From Mayamaea pseudoterrestris (taxonomy: Eukaryota): a DNA stretch of 49,208 nt. The position numbers and the translations under genes were made by a program. This document shows, piece after piece, positions 11,460 to 20,270 of this stretch. Position 1 is the stretch's first letter; the number at the start of each line of letters is the position of its first letter. The notes beneath the pieces were generated by a model. That model was given only the letters and a program-made list of their open reading frames with translations. It searched no databases and was not told the origin of the DNA. Where the stretch lies: assembly GCA_027923505.1 (NCBI GenBank), contig BROI01000021.1:620001-669208 (forward strand), read 5' to 3'.

Positions 11460-12642
11460 ATGAAGATCACCGGTGCTTTCCTCCTCCTCGCCTCTGGCGC
11501 CACTGCCTTCCAGCCTCTTGCAAGCAAGGGTAACAGCCGCGTCTCTCCCGTCTTTTCCTACCTGTCCAGCTTGGGCCAGGTTTCTCCCCTTGGCAGCACT
11601 CCGCAGAACAACGACATTGCCACCCGAGGAAGCGACGTTAGCATCACCAAGAATGATTTCTTTGCTAGACGCGCTGATGAAGACCGCACGGTACGTTCAG
11701 TGACTTTTTGATGGACAAATGTCTTGTTCTTTGATGGATTTGTCGATGCGAGAAACCGCCGAGTTTTTCAACGAACACATGACTCATTTCTTCCCATTGA
11801 TCTTACAGAGACGCTTGGAGGATCGCCTCAACCAACTCGAACGCGAGAACATTCAGGGCCCCAAGATTCGTTCTGGAGGCAAACCAGCTCCAGGTCGCTA
11901 CATGGCAAGTGATCTCAACCCCGCCGCCATCATCTCCGACCGATCGGCCAATGTCAAAGTCCAAGGAGGTTCGCTCAAGACATGGTCGTATGCTAGTCCC
12001 ATGGTCGAGCGCATTCACGTTGTTCTCAAGACGGAGGGCCGACCGCTTGACGCTGATGTTGCCTTGTGGCAGGGACCAGACAACACCCCGCACAAGATGC
12101 GCATTTATGTGGAGGACGGCGCCGAGCGCCCATTCAGTGCAGTCATCGAGACACCAAGAGGGCCCAATACTGTTTCTATCCGAAACACTGGCCAGCTCGA
12201 ATTTCCCCTGAACGCTCATGTCTTGGCTGAAGTCGACGGATCCAACAGCGACTTACCAGCTGCTAAGTCCAACGACCTCAAGACGGAAGCCATGACTATT
12301 CAGGGAGGAGCTCTTCGAACATACCCATTCGATCCAACTGTCGACAGCGTCGCTGTCCTCTTAAAAACTGACGGACGTCCACTTAATGCACGCATTGAGT
12401 TGCTCCAGGGTCCTAATAACAACAAGCAAGTCGTCGAGATCTACACCGAAGATGGGCTTGACCGCCCCTTCTTCATGATCATTGAGACACCAGGAAGCGG
12501 AAATGTTGTTCGCGTCGTTAACTCTGCAACTGTCGAGTTCCCCTTGACGGCTTGGGTTGAAGCACACAAGATTGGAACCTCATCGTCTCCACTGGAGCCA
12601 GTCATTGGCGGCGATGATGATGGCTTCATCCGCCAGTGGTAA
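11460..12642 (+). CDS. PyShell: PyShell (pyrenoid shell) family protein, plastid-targeted, ~354 aa. Exons 11460-11690 and 11809-12642
   Basis: Bipartite presequence MKITGAFLLLASGATA-FQPL. Phase-0 GTACGT..TTACAG intron. Two tandem homologous beta-rich domains: VQGGSLKTW..LKTEGRPLDADVALWQGPDN..IETP..EFPL and IQGGALRTYPF..LKTDGRPLNARIELLQGPNN..IETP..EFPL. This matches the duplicated-domain PyShell/Shell family as I recall it. Confidence 0.82.
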
Positions 12643-13060
12643 ACATTGTTATAATTGCGCATGACGAGGACGCAACAAATGGTCGACCAGGACATGACCA
12701 CTGCATATGTCATTGCGGGACTTTTCGATCTCTCGCGTGTACTGTGTGTATGGAGTATGAATATATATACGTGTAACGGCAAATTAGTAAACAAGACATT
12801 TTGATCTTTATCATTCTATATCAGATTAGATGCTGCATAGTACAAAATTTCGTCCTTTTTAGTTGTCATGTATGTAGTATCGACTGACATTGAAGAAGTA
12901 TCAAAGCTAAACGTCAACTCAGAACCTCTAGAAGGTCGGAGCGGTTTTCGATGATAACCATCGAATCCTTGGAAGTGCAGCCCGGACGAAAGCGCAATCG
13001 AATGTTTCTCGCAGCCGCAATTCCAAGAAGTTTGATATTCATCTCCAAAGCATCACCATC

Positions 13061-13757
13061 ATGGAGCGCACTTGTAAGTGAAGTGGTTTGACGAAGAGGT
13101 GCTAGACGATGCTGCATGCAAAAGCTCTCACACATTGGTTTGATTCGTTCGAAGACATTATGATCAAGCCCGATGGCGTCCAACGTGCCCTTGTTGGCGA
13201 AATCATTAAGCGATTTGAAGCCAAAGGATTTAAACTTGTTGCCATGAAATTGACATCGCCAGGAAAAGAACACTTGGAAAAGCATTACGAAGACTTGAAG
13301 GACAAGAAGTTCTTTCCTGGCTTGATCGAATACATGACTAGCGGACCTGTTGTCGCCATGGTTTGGTAAGTTTACGACGAATGCATGCATCGCTTTACCG
13401 TGCCGTAATAATCGCCTTACTCAATGACTCCCTATTGTTACAACAGGGAGGGACGCAATGTCGTTGCTGAAGGCCGAAAAATGCTGGGCGCAACCATGCC
13501 TTCGGAATCGGCGATGGGAACAATTCGTGGAGATTTCTGGTAAGTCGTATTTTCCGTATTTTCATAATTTGTGCGTTGGCTAGACTGTACTCAGAATATT
13601 GCCTGTCATCGTCCTTCGCTGCAGCATTGAAGTCGGTCGCAATATTTGCCATGGATCTGACGCCGTCGATTCGGCCAACAAGGAAATCACCCTTTGGTTT
13701 CCTGAGGGCGTTTCCGAGTGGAATTCGTGTGCGTCAAGCTGGGTTTACGAAGAGTAA
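13061..13757 (+). CDS. NDK: Nucleoside diphosphate kinase. Exons 13061-13073, 13155-13365, 13447-13539 and 13625-13757
   Basis: Spliced product reads [51 protein letters not shown]. All three introns are GTAAGT..AG. Confidence 0.97.
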
Positions 13758-13823
13758 GCGAGATTGAATTGCACGTAAGATTACAATTGTGTTATGGATA
13801 ACGGTTTAAGCTACACATTGTAT

Positions 13824-13998
13824 ATGTTACCACAAATCCCCGCCTCTTTCGGCGGGTTTGGAGAGTCAGTCTGCTCGTAGTGCTGACTTGGACACCGTCT
13901 CAAACAGCTCAAGTAGGCCTGACCCCAAACATAACCCTTCTCTCACCTTGCTTGCTCGCCTTCCGTGCTACTTGTATGAGCGCTGTTTTTGGTAAGAT
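13824..13998 (+). ncRNA. Candidate structured ncRNA or small inverted-repeat element, family unassigned
   Basis: Imperfect terminal inverted repeats, four internal stems of 6-7 bp and a T5 run at the 3' end. G-U pairs favour the + strand. Confidence 0.35.
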
Positions 13999-14753
13999 CG
14001 GTTATAGGCAGCCACCCTAAACTCATGTATATGAAAACAAACCAGGCGCAATCGATCCAAGTACGTACTACTACTGGATAGTGCACCGGTAGGAGACTGT
14101 AGAAGTAATTATACTTTGAGCGTACGTCGTATGTTTGATATTACATGCGAGTACAATAAGAAAGGGACTTGGAGAAGACAGAAGGCAGGTACTTGTCCAG
14201 GCTATGGAATGCATTTCAGCCATGCTTTGGTGCAAGAATGAGAGCAATGACAAGCTATGGCCATGGAGGTTCGAAATCTTCCGCGCCTATAAACATCGTC
14301 TTTTTGGTGGCGACAGGCAGATTGTTAGCTAACCATCGAATCGGAGTACTGTACCAGTGGTTCGGTGATGATGTTTGACTCATCACAACATTGTTTCTCC
14401 GACAATGTTCTTCCACGACTTCGCAATGAGCCAGCCATGCCTGGAATGACGTCAAGTACTATCTCGGCCATAGTTTACCGAGATTCGCCGACTAGAAACA
14501 GTCTTGTCTACTCGTAATTCTCCTGTTTGGCAGCCAATAGAATCACTTTACATTTGGAAGTACGTATGCCGATCGCGTGCCTGTTAAGTATTACTTGAAG
14601 CACTAGTAAGCAGGTCGTGGACGAATCGTGAAAGTGTATGAAGTGTGTCACTGCGGGTCGACTCATAAACTAAAAAGCTGGCAGGTTTAAACCACAGCGA
14701 AGCCACCATTTCGATACGCACTTCAAACCTACTGAGCACTCGAAGCACCAGCT

Positions 14754-15906
14754 ATGATGGCTTACAACCGACCGGCTCATGATGATCCTTTTTATACTAG
14801 AAGACAATTCAACGATCAAGCCCAACAGCAGCAACAACAAGGATTGCGATTACCGCCTGGTTTGCCTTCATCCTTGCCGTTGCACCAAACTCCACACATC
14901 GGGCAAGTTCCCCAGCAGCAGCACCCGCAGCCGATGAATGCAGCTAGTCTCGCTGCCGCAGCTGCTGGAGCAGCTTCTCCCGGCTCTCTAGAATCTCGCT
15001 TGATGATGCGACGTCTCATGATTCGACGTGCGGCCCAGCAAGCCCAAGATATGCAGAGTCTTCATAATGCGCTTATGGCTGAGGCGAACGCAAAAGCTAT
15101 GCAGCAGCAACTTCATCAGCAGCAGCAGCAGCAGCACAACTCATTTATGCGCCAGGGTCCGGCATACATGGATCCGTATCAACATTCTCCGGTTCCTGGC
15201 CTCGACCTTCTTCGGTCGGTTTCGCAGTACGCTCAGCAGCAGAACCAGCAGCGCACACAGCTCGGTCTGCCATCCATTGGACAGTTGGATCATGCAAGCT
15301 TTCTTTCTCCGTCACCAAATCAACCTCCGGCGCGACTTGCGGCAGTTGACTTTTCAATGTTGCCGCGCGCGCCATTTTCGCGCGACGTTTCCGTCACCAT
15401 GCAGAAGGACCCCATGTCGCCGTCGAACAATACTATTTACAGTCCTTCACCTGCGGCGGATGCTCCTAGGAATACAATCAAGTTGTTCGTCGATGACATA
15501 CAAGAGTGGGACGTTTTATGTGGGCGAGGCGGGCGGTCAAACCGTAAGTTAATAGTCAACAGTCAACATGAATGTGGGCACGTGTTGCAAAAAAGTGTTG
15601 CCTCCGTCAATATGCTCACATCTACCGTGATTGGCAACAGACCACTCTGGTAACAAGCGATATCGCCATGTCGTATCGGAGATGAAGGCATCGTACCGCA
15701 CCACGGAAGCCAAGGCTCGCAAGACGGATTTGTCGAGAGCCATTGTCGAGCATGTGTGCCAGTACGGCGGACGCTTTTTGAAAAAAGACTCCACCACCAA
15801 CCGGTACTACGTCTTAACCAAGGCGGAGGCGAGGAAGAAGACAAGCCAAGCGCTTCGTGAGACGAAAGAACTTAAATGGACTGGAAATAACAGTAACGAT
15901 GGGTAA
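14754..15906 (+). CDS. DUF6824-type diatom protein with Gln-rich N-terminus. Intron 15544-15640
   Basis: DVLCGRGGRSNH|HSGNKRYR..IVEHV..GGRFLKK..ARKKTSQALRE is the diatom DUF6824 signature. PolyQ tracts lie upstream. Confidence 0.88.
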
Positions 15907-16027
15907 ATGTTGGGTAGGGCCAACCGATTAGTGCGCAGACGACGACGCGTTAAGAAGGCCATGTCATGCATAATTCAAGTCAGTGAGTTTATGCCTAAAA
16001 CTTTTCAATGTAACCTCATAATGCGAA

Positions 16028-16885
16028 TTACAACCGACGAACGCGCACGGCGACAACTTTGCCATCCTGCAGACTGTAGTTGTACATGTTCGACAGTGGA
16101 CCTGAATCGTTCACTTGGCTGGTGAATGCTAGACGGCCGTGAACGTCTCTCGTTGGCCCGGCCACGAGCGGAAAAACATCAACAATATGATCCGCTAGCT
16201 CTGACAATGAGTTTTCAAAGAATGATGTTGTCATCGACGTGGACTGCTGAACCAAGCCACCCGCACCAAAAGGCTTGATCAAATCAGATGCATCCATATT
16301 TGAATCACAGCCGCAACGCATGTATAACCCAGTCGACGAAGTAATCGCACGACACTGCAGCGATAACAGAAAACGGTACGCTAAATCATTGCCAACAATA
16401 GATGCAAGGGTCGAGACATCATCCACAACGATCCAAGAACTTCCACCGATATTAGCACGCATCCATTGAAGTACATCATGATAAAGACCATTCAAAAATT
16501 GCTCAAGAGAATAAGCGACATCATCAGTTGGCTTTAACTCGTCTGTCTCGTCCAAAAAGTGATTGCCAAGTTCGACCGTCAGACTACGAATGCGCAAAGA
16601 CTCATCGTCATCGTTACCCAGAACGCCATGGGCAGCATCACCCATATTGTGTGGTTTCTCCTCCCATCCTAGTTTTTTGAACGATCGCACCACCAATGAT
16701 TCCGTCACAGGCCCGCCTTGAAGCCACAAAACCTTTTCGTTGGCACGCAACGCTTGAAGTGCGAGATGATATCCGACAAATCGTCCGTCGCTTTCCACTG
16801 TATCGCACACTACAACAGTCGAAGGATTGTTAATAGTCCATGGGACTATGTCGATCAAGGCAGGGGAGACTGCTGATGCAACCAT
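16028..16885 (-). CDS. ELP6: Elongator complex subunit 6-like protein
   Basis: Motifs VVVCDTVESDGRF, WIVVDDVSTL, ADHIVDVFPLVAGPTRDVHGRL and YNYSLQDGKV fit the RecA-like ELP6. Start placed at MVASAV; the ORF-track extension begins at a non-ATG codon. Confidence 0.75.
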   Translation of the reverse strand: MVASAVSPALIDIVPWTINNPSTVVVCDTVESDGRFVGYHLALQALRANEKVLWLQGGPVTESLVVRSFKKLGWEEKPHNMGDAAHGVLGNDDDESLRIRSLTVELGNHFLDETDELKPTDDVAYSLEQFLNGLYHDVLQWMRANIGGSSWIVVDDVSTLASIVGNDLAYRFLLSLQCRAITSSTGLYMRCGCDSNMDASDLIKPFGAGGLVQQSTSMTTSFFENSLSELADHIVDVFPLVAGPTRDVHGRLAFTSQVNDSGPLSNMYNYSLQDGKVVAVRVRRL

Positions 16886-17303
16886 GTTAGATATCGTCGA
16901 CCGCAGCACTGATGGGCAGCCAAATTGTTCGTCGCCGGGTGGAAAGTAACCGATACCGGTACGACCTTCTTTATGCCGTTGCGACACCAAGGTTGAACAA
17001 TATTTAACCCGATCCCTTGCTGCGGGAATGAAACGATCCCTCGGGCGAATCAAAACGATCAACAATCTCCGGTGCGTCAACCGTTGCAGGCTGCTACTGT
17101 ACCGGTACATACTTGACCATTGCACCTCTGCATGCGTCGACCCAAGGCTCGAGATCTTTGCTTGAAAGAGTTCGAACACGACTCCAGGCCTCGTTGCGAT
17201 TGTCTCTTGAGCTCACACTTTGCCCTGCACTACGGTAGACAAAAGCGTTCCAACTGCAACAATGCGAGCTTCCACCCTGCTCCTTCTCGTTTCGCTTGAC
17301 ACC

Positions 17304-18224
17304 ATGGCTGCCCTGGTCGTTGGCCTCGCCATCATCACGCCAACCGCGGCATTCTCGGCCACTTTCAGTATTCCCGTAACAAGGCCAAAGCATTCCATGG
17401 CATTGCACGCACGAACTCGCTCTAGAGGTGCGAATGAAGATCAAGGTGCGGAAGGCATGGATCAAGTACGTCAGAAGCTCGAGGCCCTCCTACTATCATC
17501 CGACACTGCATTGACTCGACAAGAGTCAACTAACAGCAACAAGGCCATGGCGCAATCCGGTATGCTTCGAGACAAGACAATGGTACTGCAGCAGGATCCC
17601 ATTGACTTTCACACGGATTTGTCGACGCAGCCTCCATTGACAAGCATTGATCGAGAGCGACGAACAGCAGAAATTCAACTACTGGCCAACTTGGAATCTG
17701 GCGACGAAGGTCTCTCGGACTTGTGGGCGCATTGGTTCCAGGAGCGTGGTGCGGCAGCTGCGGCTCGGTTACTGCGAGCCGAGGAATTGACTGGACAAGG
17801 ACCTAAATCATGGAACGAGGCGGAGCGAGTGCTGCGCGACTTGATTAAGGACTATGGGGTGTACTGGGCAGAGCCAGTTAATAGACTTGCTACCCTCTAC
17901 TACATGCAAGGCAAGCTTCGCGAGAGTGAATCATTGAGCAAGATTGTTCTCAAAGTCAAGCCATGGCACTTTGGTGCACTTTCAGGCATTGTCATGGTTT
18001 GCGCTGGTCTTCGGGATGCCGAGTCTGCTCGGATGTGGGCGGCTCGACGAATGCCTACGTTTGCACCAAAAGGACCCAATCGACGACGAACCAAGTGGGT
18101 GGAACGGTCTGTCCGGGAAGCAGAGAACTTTCTTGCTGACGCAGAGATGCGTTTAACCAAATCGTTTGGCAAGCCAGATCAGCGACGCGAGCTGCAGCTA
18201 CACGACGAGGACGCCTGGCAATGA
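17304..18224 (+). CDS. Plastid-targeted TPR-like hypothetical protein
   Basis: Signal peptide MAALVVGLAIITPTAA-FSA. TPR-like segment WAEPVNRLATLYYMQG..VKPWHFGALSG. Alternative start at 17262. Confidence 0.7.
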   Translation: MAALVVGLAIITPTAAFSATFSIPVTRPKHSMALHARTRSRGANEDQGAEGMDQVRQKLEALLLSSDTALTRQESTNSNKAMAQSGMLRDKTMVLQQDPIDFHTDLSTQPPLTSIDRERRTAEIQLLANLESGDEGLSDLWAHWFQERGAAAAARLLRAEELTGQGPKSWNEAERVLRDLIKDYGVYWAEPVNRLATLYYMQGKLRESESLSKIVLKVKPWHFGALSGIVMVCAGLRDAESARMWAARRMPTFAPKGPNRRRTKWVERSVREAENFLADAEMRLTKSFGKPDQRRELQLHDEDAWQ

Positions 18225-18413
18225 ACATTTTTAATTCCATACTTATTGCATCACCATGTACTCTTGTCATGTCATGCATATGTACTGGGGGTTCTGCCAT
18301 TCTCGAAACGCCTCAAAATGAAGCCGGGCATTGTACAGTCTACTCGTCGCTACAATAGCATTTCCATGTTTCACATCATTTACTAGTTTCCGTATACAAT
18401 TTTACTTTCAAGA

Positions 18414-19154
18414 TTAAACACCCTTCCAGTAGATGACAGTATTCCTTCCTTCAAACGGTAGTTGAGTACATTGAAACCGAACATCTTTATCTAAAAGGTA
18501 CTGACAAAATGCTTCCACCGTGCGCACCGGAATAAGTTCGCCATTTTGGTGCACCATGCGCTGCGGAAAGATGTTTGGAAATACACAGCAAGGAACCACG
18601 ACAAAGGTCTTTTTGTACTTTAACGCAACATTCACAATAGCTTCGGTGGCTCCGTCGGCGTGCAATCCAACGATTAGACTGGATGCTTCGACGGCGTGAT
18701 GCAGTTCTGGGTGTTGTTGTAGCATGGCTTCGTCGAAATAAGCAACCATTTGTGAAAACTGTTTGTCAAACAGTTTTTCCAGAAATTCTGGTTCCTTCTG
18801 TTGCAATCGCTGCTGCCATTTGAGAGGAATCTTGTTCAAAACGGACGATAGGAAGCAAGCAAGTGGATCGGATGGCCTCGGGTCCACCATAATGACCTTC
18901 TTGCTGTGGCAGACGCACAGACGAGCAGCAACTTCACCCTTGCCTCCAGCAATATCTAGTATTGGTCGATCGTCGGCAATTTCGTTTGGAAACATTTGAA
19001 GCAACCATTTGACGAAGAGTTTTGAACGGGCTTGATTCCGTGCTCCGTGTCGTTTCCGGTCGGGATTGTTGATTCGTCTGCGTTCCTTGTAATTCAGAGC
19101 TGGCTTCGATTCATGCTTCAGATCTTCCTCGCTTGTTTTTCCAGGCTCGTCCAT
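18414..19154 (-). CDS. Class I SAM-dependent methyltransferase-like protein
   Basis: Motif I ILDIAGGKG, plus IVGLHADGATEAIV, VVPCCVFP and LPFEGRN. Confidence 0.8.
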   Translation of the reverse strand: MDEPGKTSEEDLKHESKPALNYKERRRINNPDRKRHGARNQARSKLFVKWLLQMFPNEIADDRPILDIAGGKGEVAARLCVCHSKKVIMVDPRPSDPLACFLSSVLNKIPLKWQQRLQQKEPEFLEKLFDKQFSQMVAYFDEAMLQQHPELHHAVEASSLIVGLHADGATEAIVNVALKYKKTFVVVPCCVFPNIFPQRMVHQNGELIPVRTVEAFCQYLLDKDVRFQCTQLPFEGRNTVIYWKGV

Positions 19155-19533
19155 GGTCTATTGGATGGCAGTACAGTTTCGTGATTTCGATGAATGCAGA
19201 CTTGCATGAGAGCAGAACGTAAAGTAAAACGGATGATGAATGAGAGACGAGGGAGACGATTGCGACGAGCCATCATGAGTACCGGTGAGTCATGGAATTT
19301 CAAAATTTTGTCAATGCTCGCGAGAACCGTCAAACGTCGGAACCATTGTTCTGTTGCTGACTTCAAAGTTGATCCGGTCAGAGTTGCCTGTTGTTTAATA
19401 CATAAAGCCCCGTTGTTGCAGCATCCTGTGAGCGAAGAATACCTGCTTTACCGGTGCACATTGTTAGCTTCAGCCAGTTGCCAGTCGCCAAGAACGTATC
19501 GTTTGGATCTTCACCTTTTCGAAACCACACATC

Positions 19534-20127
19534 ATGAGCAATTCTACAATTACTGGAAGGGATGGCTCAGTTGCTCTCGTACATCGCAAGCTAGCAGTCC
19601 TTGGATTCAGAGCTGTTGGAAAGAGCAGCTTGGCCAATAGTTTTGTCACTGGCACTTTTTCCGAAGCCTACGACCCCACGATTGAATGCACACTCCACAA
19701 AACGATTCGATTCAGAAAGGTTCATTTTGCAACTGATATTGTCGATACGGCCGGTATGGACGAGTTTTCTCGTCTTTCGCGAAATGCCAGTCTTGGATGT
19801 CATGGATATGTTCTCGTCTTCAACATTACATCACGCAACAGCTTTGATCGCATCGTCATGGTCAATGACTTTCTACTGACAACGCTTGGGGACGCACCCG
19901 ACGTTCCTCGAGTACTCGTTGGAAGTATGAGAGACTTGGACGCTCATCGACAAGTGTCAGAGCTTGAAGCACAAACACTGGCGGACAAGTGGGCGGTGCC
20001 TTATCTAGAATGCAGCGCCAAATCGGGTCACAACGTTGCCGAAGTATTTCATGCTCTTTTGAGGGAGATTGAGAAGGATGATGGTCTGTTGAAAGAGACA
20101 AATGATGGAGGATGTATACTTTTATGA
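19534..20127 (+). CDS. RHEB: Rheb small GTPase (Ras family)
   Basis: G1 GFRAVGKSS with the Rheb-type Arg, effector YDPTIE, DTAGMDEF, ECSAK and C-terminal CaaX CILL. Confidence 0.9.
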   Translation: MSNSTITGRDGSVALVHRKLAVLGFRAVGKSSLANSFVTGTFSEAYDPTIECTLHKTIRFRKVHFATDIVDTAGMDEFSRLSRNASLGCHGYVLVFNITSRNSFDRIVMVNDFLLTTLGDAPDVPRVLVGSMRDLDAHRQVSELEAQTLADKWAVPYLECSAKSGHNVAEVFHALLREIEKDDGLLKETNDGGCILL

Positions 20128-20270
20128 AGTCATATAAACTGCTGCGGTACTGAGAGGACCTCAAGCGCTCACTCGCGGTAATGGTCGCCGTACTCGGTTC
20201 ATATTATTTAGCGGCGTAAAATTAATCGTAGTTACACTTAGTACCAACATGACATACGCATTGCGTGTAG

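Noticed and set aside
13925..14045. Partial resemblance to U6atac (GAGAGAAGG), U12 5' end and SRP helix 8, plus an ACCCTAAAC telo-box at 14014-14022
   Set aside because: The invariant residues of each RNA are missing, and the matches are short enough to be chance.
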